Shown here: one piece after another, positions 55,042-64,000 of the stretch
Position numbering within the stretch: position 1 is the first letter of the stretch
Layout: every line of letters begins with the position of its first letter
IMG/VR virus record: IMGVR_UViG_3300046517_002304
Coordinates: 310,001-374,000 of that record
Direction: 5' to 3' (one strand)
Length of the DNA: 64,000 bases
The notes under the pieces: model-generated
Databases searched by the model: none
The model's input: only the letters and a program-made list of their open reading frames with translations
Told to the model about the DNA's origin: nothing
Translations under genes and position numbers: made by a program

Positions 55042-55988
55042 TTGTTTTTATGGATAACTATTTTGTTAGTTTTTAAATCCATGCTCATTAAGGATGTGCA
55101 TGGACCAACTATTTTCACTTTAGGATTATATACAATGCCTTTGCATTGTGTATATAAAAGCTTATCGTTCTCCCAATATTCCTTAACACCATTACTCCAC
55201 TCTACTGCCGGACCACCCACTCTATGCTGCAATCCATGTTTATGCCATGCCTTATATCCGCCCCTCATAATTACGGCAGGGCCGTCTTCTCGGTGTAAAT
55301 TACCATGAAAATACCATTCTTTCGTTCCATTGGTGTATTCGCAAGCCGGACCGGCTGCTCTATGTGGTTTATTATTAAAATACCAAATATTAGTTCCGTT
55401 TTCTTCCTCAATCGCCGGACCATCCTCACGATGAAGCATTCCGAGCTGCATCCACCTTTTTTGTCCGGATGCATATATTATGGCTGGACCTCCTATCCGA
55501 TGACACTGCCCATGATTCATCCAAGTAGTAGAAGATGGATTGATACGAGCAGGCCCATCTTCCCGATGGTATCTGCCATCTTCATCAAACCAAGACTCTT
55601 CATCATAATGTCCGCTTAACTTAAAATACCTTTTCTTTCCATTTATAAAACCGATTTTAATATCTTGACGACTTGAATCAGAATATTCTACATACTCCAT
55701 ATATTCTTTTTGTTCAGGCAATCCAAGCTTCTCTACATTAATGCCGCAAGTATAGATGAAATTTATAAGTTTATTTCTAAAGAAAGCCGAATCCTTAATA
55801 TCAAACTGTTCTTCGGCAGATTTCATAAACTCTTCATCGCACTCCTGTTTTTGAGTAAAAGCATAAACATTCTTAATATAAGAAATATAAAGCTTATCCT
55901 TCTTCGTGAAAGATTCCTTATCCACTCCTGTAGAAAGGAATGAAAGAAAGCCGGTCGGCAACAGTGAGAGGAAACTTCTTCGTAGCAT
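55035..55988 (-). CDS. Tat-signal HRxDGPA-repeat protein (six repeats)
   Basis: Likely start MLRRSFLSLLPTGFLSFL; HREDGPA/HRIGGPA/HRAAGPA/HRVGGPA. Confidence 0.75.
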   Translation of the reverse strand: MLRRSFLSLLPTGFLSFLSTGVDKESFTKKDKLYISYIKNVYAFTQKQECDEEFMKSAEEQFDIKDSAFFRNKLINFIYTCGINVEKLGLPEQKEYMEYVEYSDSSRQDIKIGFINGKKRYFKLSGHYDEESWFDEDGRYHREDGPARINPSSTTWMNHGQCHRIGGPAIIYASGQKRWMQLGMLHREDGPAIEEENGTNIWYFNNKPHRAAGPACEYTNGTKEWYFHGNLHREDGPAVIMRGGYKAWHKHGLQHRVGGPAVEWSNGVKEYWENDKLLYTQCKGIVYNPKVKIVGPCTSLMSMDLKTNKIVIHKNKC

Positions 55989-56159
55989 GATTAGCCTTTG
56001 TCTAGAATCCCGCAAGCATTAGATTCATAACCACAACATAAAAATCATTGTTAGCAGGTTGACAATCTGGATTGTCCGGACGAGCAAATGGATTATCCCA
56101 ATCGCGCACGATCAATGTGCAGTCTGCACCAGTAATCGGTTCGCCAAAAAGTATGATGC

Positions 56160-57059
56160 TCATGCGGGGACTTCGCTGGTTTTTCTTTTTAACAAAGCAT
56201 GAAACAAAAAAGCCGTCCTATTACTAATAGACTTTCTTGCTTCCTTGCTCATAACAATTTCGCCTTCGGCCTCCCTGGATACATCTTCCAACATAGCTTT
56301 GACTACATCTGCTGTTCCAGAAACCCCTATATCCTGGGGCAGCTTATCAAGCACATGACGCAATCTTTCCTCTACTACCCATTCTTCCGCTATAGCTCTT
56401 GCGTCATCAAGAACTTGAACATCGGCATCATTTACTTCACGAGGAGTTTTAGTTTCCATAAACTCTTTGCGCTTATGCTTACAAATAATTCTACCGCCAT
56501 TATTAAGAGTGCATTCCACGATGGGTCGTAAGACAACTCCCTCTCTGATATGATTGTCTCCCATGCCATTTTTAATAGCCTGAGTAGACGGCCTATCGCG
56601 TTCCGCGTCTATAGCTTCAAGAGTAGCCGGAATCTTCGCATAATCAACAAAATCTAATCCTAGTTTGCTACAAACATCATGAGCGTTAACAACAGACAGC
56701 CAAACTTCATCGTGTTGGCCATCGGCAGTGAAGGAAACCTTAACGTCAAATCCAGCAAACCTAAGATGCGGCCCATACCAAGCAGACATGCCCATCAGCT
56801 TTCCGCCATATGCTTCCCCAAAAACAGTACAGTCTCGGTCGGGAAACATTTCCAAAAACTTAGCGAGCAAGGTTGGCTGGTCAAATAATTTTAAGAAATT
56901 AACATGATTCGCACCACCAGAAGAAAAATGAATTTTCTTTTCAGCGAATTTCCAAGATAAATGACTCGAAGTCCCGTGAATTTTTTCGAGTGAAAATAAT
57001 TCCTTAAACATAAGGACGGTTGTGTCCTTATAAAGGTTAGAAATATGCATGAACCCCAT
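56160..57059 (-). CDS. ATP-dependent RNA ligase (Rnl2-like)
   Basis: Motif I EKIHGTS, FGEAYG, FDV, EGVVLRP, KHK...F.E; C-terminal RLRHVLDK helical domain. Confidence 0.8.
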   Translation of the reverse strand: MGFMHISNLYKDTTVLMFKELFSLEKIHGTSSHLSWKFAEKKIHFSSGGANHVNFLKLFDQPTLLAKFLEMFPDRDCTVFGEAYGGKLMGMSAWYGPHLRFAGFDVKVSFTADGQHDEVWLSVVNAHDVCSKLGLDFVDYAKIPATLEAIDAERDRPSTQAIKNGMGDNHIREGVVLRPIVECTLNNGGRIICKHKRKEFMETKTPREVNDADVQVLDDARAIAEEWVVEERLRHVLDKLPQDIGVSGTADVVKAMLEDVSREAEGEIVMSKEARKSISNRTAFLFHALLKRKTSEVPA

Positions 57060-59182
57060 GGATTATTCTCTCAAGTATAGTAAAGTTCGTTCAGTCTGTC
57101 ATATACTTCTTTTTCTTGATATACTTCATCATGAATAGAATCTTCATCCTCATACACACCATCTTCTGTTTCGTCTTCATCTTCATTTTCTAAGAGAGCT
57201 TCATATTTTTGTTTAATTTCCTGCTGAAGCTTCTCAAGACCAAGCAAATACTCAAGCTCAGCCTGCAAAAGAAGACGGCAGTTATGTTCAGTCTGGCCAC
57301 GACAATAGCCACGATCAATGCCAACTACTTCATCGTCTCTGGCGTCAATCAATCCGAAATGAATTTTAGGCTTATCGCTCATGATTTGATCCTTTGTAAT
57401 GGCGCACCGCAATTTTTGCATCTAAGATTTAAAAAATCCATCGTTCGTAATTGCTGTCTGCAATATGGGCAAAGAATGGCTTTTTTCGTGAAGGTTACTG
57501 GCTTTAATGTAGTTCTACCCATTGTTATACCTTATTAAAAGTAATTTGAAAATGTGTGAGATACCGATCTGCTGGCATACAAGTTTTCCACCCTACATTC
57601 TTGAATTGTTCTAGGGCTAATCTAACAGTATCATAATCATAATTACGTGTACGCATAATATATGGCGGCTGCTGCGATGCAGGAAACGACCGCAGCCGTG
57701 CATCTATCTCGCTCACAAGCCTTCTAATAAGCCATTCACGATGAGCATTATCGCCCATATACTTGGTTCCCCACTCATACGGCTGAGTGCCCATTTCAGA
57801 TGGCTTAATAAGATTCATACTTTTTCTTTCAGCATTTTTAGTTTAAATTTAGCCTTATCATACTTTGCCTTTGTCCCGGCATACTCTTCGGCAGAAACAT
57901 TAGCTTTATAATTAACTGAATCAAGCCGCTTCTTGAGGAAGGCGACATATCCTTCCTCCAATTCAACAGCGGATTTATGATGTTCTTTTTTCATTGCATT
58001 TCACTAAGAGTAAAAAATGCATCGCCAACTTTGCTGATGAGATAATGAGCTAATTGTTTTCGTTGCCAGATACTCATACCGGCAATTTCATCCCCTAATT
58101 TTTGAATATCATCGCCGTCAAAAGACGTTCCAATGACAGGATTATTAGGAGGAGGATTGAGCGCCTCTAATGTTTCAGGCATTGCCAAACTCAGAATCAT
58201 CTTTGTCATCGGGACCATAGGTATTTCTAAACTTGCATAATTTAGTAATCACTTTTGCACACGACATATAGGCCAATGCCGTTAGAACAATTATCCACAA
58301 ACAAGCAGAAGGAATGAAAGTAATAGGAGAAATAATCCAAAGAAAAATCAACATCCCCCGACGCTTAAGGCATTCTTCATTCTTGTCTATAAAGTAATTA
58401 TAGAAATACAGCATTCCTAACAACAGATAGGAAATGATGACGTATTTCATCACAAAATCGGCACTAATGTACATGATTGTTCCTTTAGGGTGATGCTTTA
58501 TGGATAACTATTATTGCTTGGAATGCTCAAAATGCTTATCGTGTGATTCAAAGCAATGAAAAACGTAAGGTAGATTTGTATTTTCATTTAATTGATCGAA
58601 ATGAATCTCGTTGAGATTTTCCAGTCTGATTCTTCGCATGATAGGCTACATTCATCTTGATGTTCGCATTCTTTGCTTAATTTTTAAAAGCCGTCCAGTT
58701 TTTAGACTAGCTTACGTTGTTTTAGATTAGCTCAACTTCTATCGGCTGAACTTCGATTCTATTTTCAAAATCAGCCATAAACCTTCTAAGAACTCTGGGT
58801 GTCACGAATTGCTTTTCGTCTATCTGAATATAAAATCCACCAGCGAAAATCTTAGTCCCTTTCGGAACTACGTCCTTAATTGCCAAGGCAGTAGGACAAG
58901 TACTGGTCCCTCTTCTGCTGCCTTTAGCGATATGTTTTTCTGTGATGGAGAATTTCATGCTTGTCGCCATGCCCGAAAATGAATCCAACTAGCCATTCTA
59001 AAAATGGCATACGGCAGGATAAACGGAAACGTAACAGGCGAAAGAATAAAAAATCTAGCCCATTGATCTTCATTTTTGGCACAGCCACTTCTGTAGGCCG
59101 AAAGCCAAATTAAGCCGCATACAATGTAAGAAATAACAAAGTAGTATGGATCGCAGTAGACCTCAATTTTCGGCATCATGAT

Positions 59183-59551
59183 TTACTCCTTATCTCTCAA
59201 GGCTTCTACAAGGCATTTTGCTGTTGCTTGATTAGTGGCGCATGGCAAATTAGAGATATCCACGATTCTTAAAAAAGCGCTTACGTCATGTTCGTGAGGC
59301 TGAGGCGACATATGGTCCCGGAAAAAAAATACAGCATCTAGCTCTTTACGACTAGCCATTGCAGCCAAAACAATATCCCCTCCCAATGGACCATGCTCCA
59401 CTTTTTCACAGCTAATACCATATCGGACTAAAACATCGCCGGTGCTCCTAGTTGCAATAAGTTGATGCTTTGCAAAAAATGGACTGTGAAACATAACAAA
59501 TTGCAACAATGCCTCTTTCATTCCATCATGAGCAACAACTGCGATTTTCAT
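59183..59551 (-). CDS. mgsA: Methylglyoxal synthase
   Basis: IAVVAHDGMK, ATRSTG, GPLGGD, FFRD...PHEHDVSAFLRI, ATNQATA; ATGA overlap with the upstream gene. Confidence 0.9.
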   Translation of the reverse strand: MKIAVVAHDGMKEALLQFVMFHSPFFAKHQLIATRSTGDVLVRYGISCEKVEHGPLGGDIVLAAMASRKELDAVFFFRDHMSPQPHEHDVSAFLRIVDISNLPCATNQATAKCLVEALRDKE

Positions 59552-60069
59552 ATCCCTTCTCCGAAATGAATTTGCTGCGCAATTAAATTTTTTCTTCCCT
59601 CGTTTCGCAAATCCATCCACATACAACCTACAACATTTTTGCCGAACCATTCACCATTAATAAATGCAGCTCCCCAAAACAAGCCTCTTCCACATTTTTG
59701 AATATTCTTTACTCTATTTGTACAATCTTCGATAATTATGGAATCGCCGGTTGCTTCCAGCCATTCATTTAAGTGATGGTGTTGACTTAATTTTAATCTC
59801 ATCCCTAATTTCATATTCCATAAATCTACAGCGCCCATCGGCTCAACAACCATTTTGTCCGCATTGCGTTTGGCTACAAACTTAACGGCCATTGGCGAAC
59901 GCTGTGCAACTATCTCTTTTTTAATATTTTCGTCAGCGAAACGAAGCCACTGAAACAAATGCTCATTCGTTCTGAAAGTGATGCCTTCATGAACAATCGG
60001 GAAGCCAGACATATTCCCCAACCAACCATTGGGAAGCTTGGATTTCGTAAATGTGGTGAAGGTTGGCAT
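59548..60069 (-). CDS. NADAR (YbiA-like) family protein
   Basis: WLGNM, FRTNEHLFQWLRF, M...MRLKLSQH...L.ATG..IIIED...FWG...GKNVVGCMWMDLR. Confidence 0.85.
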   Translation of the reverse strand: MPTFTTFTKSKLPNGWLGNMSGFPIVHEGITFRTNEHLFQWLRFADENIKKEIVAQRSPMAVKFVAKRNADKMVVEPMGAVDLWNMKLGMRLKLSQHHHLNEWLEATGDSIIIEDCTNRVKNIQKCGRGLFWGAAFINGEWFGKNVVGCMWMDLRNEGRKNLIAQQIHFGEGI

Positions 60070-61186
60070 GGATTCCTATGGATAACTAATTATTTCTTAG
60101 CAGTAGGAATTTCAATCAGCCGAACGCTGTCCCACGAATCAGGAACAAACCAAGAAATGAAAAATCGCTTGTTGTTGATGTGATATGTTGCGATTTCCTG
60201 ATTTTTCTCAGCCACCTTTCCAAGAATACTGGACGCGGCAGGAGAAGTTGGATCAACTTTACTTAAATCAGAGCGAAGCTGTTCAATAGCGGCTTGTTCG
60301 CCCGTAAAATTAATCTGTTCCACACCGCCTATTATACAGGCAAAAAACAATACAAGGCATATAACACAAGTGAAAAGAATTTCGCCTTCTGTGAAGTCTT
60401 TCATGGTTTCACTTTCTGATTGATTGGTCTATGATTGTTTGGATGAATTTATATAAGCAAATACAAAAACCAGCAAACCAAATCATGGCTATAATACCCT
60501 CCAGACAAAACCATCCCATCTCTTCTGCTAAAATAAAACTCATAACTTTTACCTTTCCTTTACCGGAGTATCTTTGACCTTGCTGATTTCCAAGTCAAGC
60601 AAATCCGCAAGCTTCCTTAAATGATCCGATGACATTATGGCCCCAGACAACTGGAATGTTGCCGAATTAGTGTAGGAACACAAGGTTAATTCTTGCGTAA
60701 TAAAAACATCACGGTCACCGTCTATCAGCGGAAGAGTCTCGTGAATATCGGTAGTTAAAATTAACTGTTCCCCCCCGTTTGATGTTTTATTAAAGGCATA
60801 AGACAATCTTTTTTTTACTACTGATGGCATTTTTTACCTTTCGCTCCAAGGTGATGGATGAACACAATCATTGCAACCGGCGCAATAAACGCCATTTTTA
60901 TTGTTCCCGCCAAAATAACCGCAATCATCAAACTGAAGATTAATCTTCCCGCAATGACCGCAAGGCGTTAGATTCGCATCATATTCGCACGCTCTAACTA
61001 AATAATATATCTCGCCATTAACTGCATAATCTCCAACATATCCTAATAAAAAATCTGGACTTACATTTGTGTTAAAGTTTTTTTCTACACATTGAATTGA
61101 GCGTTCTCTAATTAAGTTCCTAAGCTGATATACTGTCATCCCCCAATACCTAGCAATAGAATCAAAGCATTTCTTATCTTTTTTAC

Positions 61187-61978
61187 TTAACTTATTGAAG
61201 TGCATATGAATTCCCTACGCAATTCTAGAACTACATCTTTGACTTCTTGACCATTGATAATAATTAATTGCTTTCTGAAAAACTCAACTGCTGCACCAAT
61301 CGCTGGCCCTACGCGGTCAATTAATATCTTGTCTAAAATTGAAGACTTAATCTGTTCTTTAATTTGCTCTTTTGCTATACTTGTTTTCGGAATAAACTGC
61401 TCTAAAAAAGTTCTTTCGTTCTTTAATCTTATCAGATTATATCTACCCAAATATTTTCTCGGCACTAATGATGCTTCTCTATTTAAGCCTATATGCTTTT
61501 TCACAACTTCAATAACGACTTCATCTGTAATTGGATGTATATTTTGTTGCTGGCAATCCGATAATATCAACCTAAGTAATCCAAGACAACTCGCCCTATG
61601 CATCATTGCGTCTTGTATTATAATTCTTATCTTTTCTATAAGAGATAAGTCTTTTCCTATACACTCCAATAATTGCCCGCCGAATGATCGTAAATTTTTA
61701 ATATAGTAGCTTAACTTCTCGTCTTCCTCTTCCGCCCTACGTGAGTTACACTTTCTACAAGATAATACTGTTCTAGGCTCCCATGTCGGATTTGGCTTTA
61801 AGCGCTTGGCAAAGTTTAATCTTGAATTCAAGTGGTCAATAGTAGCGTCCTGCTCTTGTCTATTAATTTCTTTTGCGAGACTTGGCCTTAATGTGGTTGG
61901 CTTTTCACACCAATGACAACGCGGATCTAGTCGGTGTAAGCGCTCTAAACGCCTGCGGAGTCGGCGACTTTGGTGCAT
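61187..61978 (-). CDS. HNH endonuclease domain fused to a YqeY/GatB-like helical domain
   Basis: CHWC...ATIDHL...VLSCRKCN; then LLRLILSD...TDEVVIEVVKK...E..FLEQFIPK...GPAIG...NGQEVKDVV. Confidence 0.6.
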   Translation of the reverse strand: MHQSRRLRRRLERLHRLDPRCHWCEKPTTLRPSLAKEINRQEQDATIDHLNSRLNFAKRLKPNPTWEPRTVLSCRKCNSRRAEEEDEKLSYYIKNLRSFGGQLLECIGKDLSLIEKIRIIIQDAMMHRASCLGLLRLILSDCQQQNIHPITDEVVIEVVKKHIGLNREASLVPRKYLGRYNLIRLKNERTFLEQFIPKTSIAKEQIKEQIKSSILDKILIDRVGPAIGAAVEFFRKQLIIINGQEVKDVVLELRREFICTSIS

Positions 61979-64000
61979 TCTGCTGGTTCCGGTATATCAA
62001 TGCTTTCATCCGTAAAATCTTCTATGTCAAAGTCAGCCTTCAACGCCTTGCCTCTTGATGACAACCATACTACCACATCTTTGTTATCTTGTGGATTTTT
62101 TTTAGTGTTATAAAACCTCATCCAAAATCTATCCTTGCCCATTCGCTCCATGTGAAACGAACATCTAGAAGCAGAATCAGATACAACAATTTCGTCTAAA
62201 TCACCGTGCTTATCAAGACGGATTAATAGATTACCGACCCTTATTTCTTTTGTCATTATTTTTCTTACCTTTAATTGGTTTTTTAACGGGCGGCTTTCTA
62301 GGGGCTGCCGGCCTTCTAGACCCACCATGAAACATATTAAATAAATCATTATAAGTCATATACGTTATTCCTTCTGACTGACGGGGAGCCTCAGCCTGCT
62401 GTACTCCTCCTTCGCCAGACTCGCGCTCTTCTGCTGCTTGCATGCCCCGCTCAAAATCGGAAGCTTGCTGTGCTGGAGCTGATCTACGTTGGTCGGTCTT
62501 CTTTGGTGTATTCCCATTAATCATGACATTTACATACTCTGTTGATAACTTCTTAACGTCAATTACGCGAGTGTCAACCGAAAACACCCAAGGCTCATTG
62601 TAGTATTGCCCTCCACCATTAACATGCAATCGCACTGCAATGAAAGGCAGTTCAATCGCCTTAATTTCCATTACAGATCCATATAATCCAGTATCGTTGT
62701 TGGTAGCAGTAATAAACATGCCAACGTCTAAATCGTCGGCGCGAGTGATGAACGGACTTGACATTATTCTCTCCTCAGGAGCAATGATTCTACCTTGCAC
62801 TTCAAGGCATCAACCTCTTCCACATGCTCAAGATGATACTTCTTCATCAAGTGAGAAATCTGGTTGACGGCCGCAGTGTTATGGCAGTTTCTTTCAAGAA
62901 ATTCCAATGCAACTAAGGCAAGGGAAACTTCTTTTCTATTGAACTTCATTATTAGTGCCTGAGTTCCTCAAAGGAAATATAAAGTGCAGCAATAATGCAG
63001 GAAATAGCCGGGATAAGACATTCGGTATTTCCACTGCTAACCATAATCATACATCTCGTAAACGAGATGCCTAAAAAAACTAAAAGTAAAGTGCGGAAAA
63101 AGGCATGCGAAAGTCGTAGAAAGGTTTTCATGATGGTTCCTTATGGATAACTAAGTTTCGAAAGGATGTTAAAATTTGATCATATTCATACGTAGCCGAA
63201 TTTCTTTCACTGTTTACCCATTCCGTAACCCACTGAATGGCCTTCGCCATATTCTCTTCTGTGATTGCGTCATAAGTCACCCAGCCATACTCGTCATCTA
63301 TCGTATAGCCAAACTCATGCCCATAATACGTTCTGCAAAATTTAAACTCAGCAATACTGTTATGGTGATACAAGCCTTTTTGATGCTTATCAGGAGTAAA
63401 CCCCCACTTAGTTAAGAAATCATGATCTGCTTGTGAAATGCCTTCTGGTAGATTCATGATTTCGCATTCCACAAAGAATTTTCAATGCAGGCTAATTCTT
63501 CGACGGCTCTTTTATGATGTAGAAGAATTTCATTAGTATCATAAAGGCAGGATTTCATGATTTGCCTGATTGCCCAAGCTACGGTGCGACTGGTAATTTT
63601 TCTTATAAAAGTATTTACTTTGGGAAATTCTGGTGAATAATAATCAAGACAAAAGTATTCTTCTTCCCAATGCTGGCACGCAAAATGCATGCCTTTAATA
63701 GTTTTATGTCTGATGTTTATAACCTTAATGTCAGCATCAGGCAGGCCGACCTCATCATTCTTATAAAGATAAATTGGATCACCAAATCCAAACTTATGCA
63801 GAATAGCAATTTGTCTGCTGGTAAGCTTCTTCACTGTATCTCTACCCCGTTACGGAGCCACAAATTCCACTGAATCATTTCTAATCGTCTTTTGCGGATA
63901 CGACGATATTCTTCTCTGGTAATCAGATCATCGCTTTTCATAAAACGATGAACATAACAATCTCGTAGCACGGTTCTATCCGCTATATCAAGACGGGTGT

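Larger units (their letters stand above)
973..63153 (-). promoter_or_regulatory. Dispersed 12-bp motif TAGTTATCCATA (- strand), putative phage-specific promoter
   Basis: Exact + strand TATGGATAACTA starts at 973,1563,3657,5574,7268,8151,11874,12408,14372,15803,16026,16449,17398,20123,20822,22056,22228,25529,27569,29215,30670,34478,39336,43311,49847,50842,55049,58499,60077,63142. Variants at 9931,13669,30168,39295,40739,43849,47567. Same orientation throughout, mostly 7-11 nt before an ATG. Confidence 0.8.

Noticed and set aside
49990-55570. Nucleotide repeats such as GGCCCATCTTC.CGATG as DGR template/variable repeats
   Set aside because: They encode the HREDGPA protein repeats; no adenine-specific mismatch pattern noticed and no reverse transcriptase in the window.
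973-63153. Motif core TTATCCATA as a DnaA box (one mismatch from TTATCCACA) or origin
   Set aside because: Copies are dispersed, single-orientation, tied to start codons, and keep the mismatch plus an invariant TAG. DnaA titration is not formally excluded.
973-63153. Motif as CRISPR repeat or integron attC site
   Set aside because: Only 12 bp, non-palindromic, irregular gene-sized spacing, no GTTRRRY core or inverse core, and no cas or integrase gene seen.

Overview
This looks like part of a large (jumbo-like) dsDNA phage genome. It is AT-rich, densely packed with short, mostly unknown ORFs almost all on the - strand, and I recognised no structural or replication core genes, so it reads as an early/accessory region. 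Recognisable genes: BI-1/YccA membrane protein, two GNATs, an unannotated TatA (12166-12354), J-domain and SWIM proteins, DEDD exonuclease, two RNA-ligase-like proteins, Pth2, GroES (the only clear complete + strand gene), two HNH nucleases, CoaB, a CoaC-M23 fusion, DUF2828/TROVE-like vWA protein, SET-domain protein, RNase Z-like hydrolase, MgsA, NADAR and tRNA-Met(CAT). Four signals stand out. (1) The 12-mer TAGTTATCCATA occurs 30 times exactly (about 37 with variants), always on the - strand and mostly 7 or 10 nt before a start codon; it is probably a phage-specific promoter. (2) A 137-nt miniature tmRNA-like RNA (22076-22212) has an Ala acceptor stem and no obvious degradation tag. (3) A phage-encoded TatA occurs with eight twin-arginine-signal proteins, seven from one HRxDGPA-repeat family. 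(4) Four (A/G)CAGCAA-loop hairpins surround the tRNA and the Ro60-like DUF2828 gene. All calls come from motif recognition by eye; no database searches were run.
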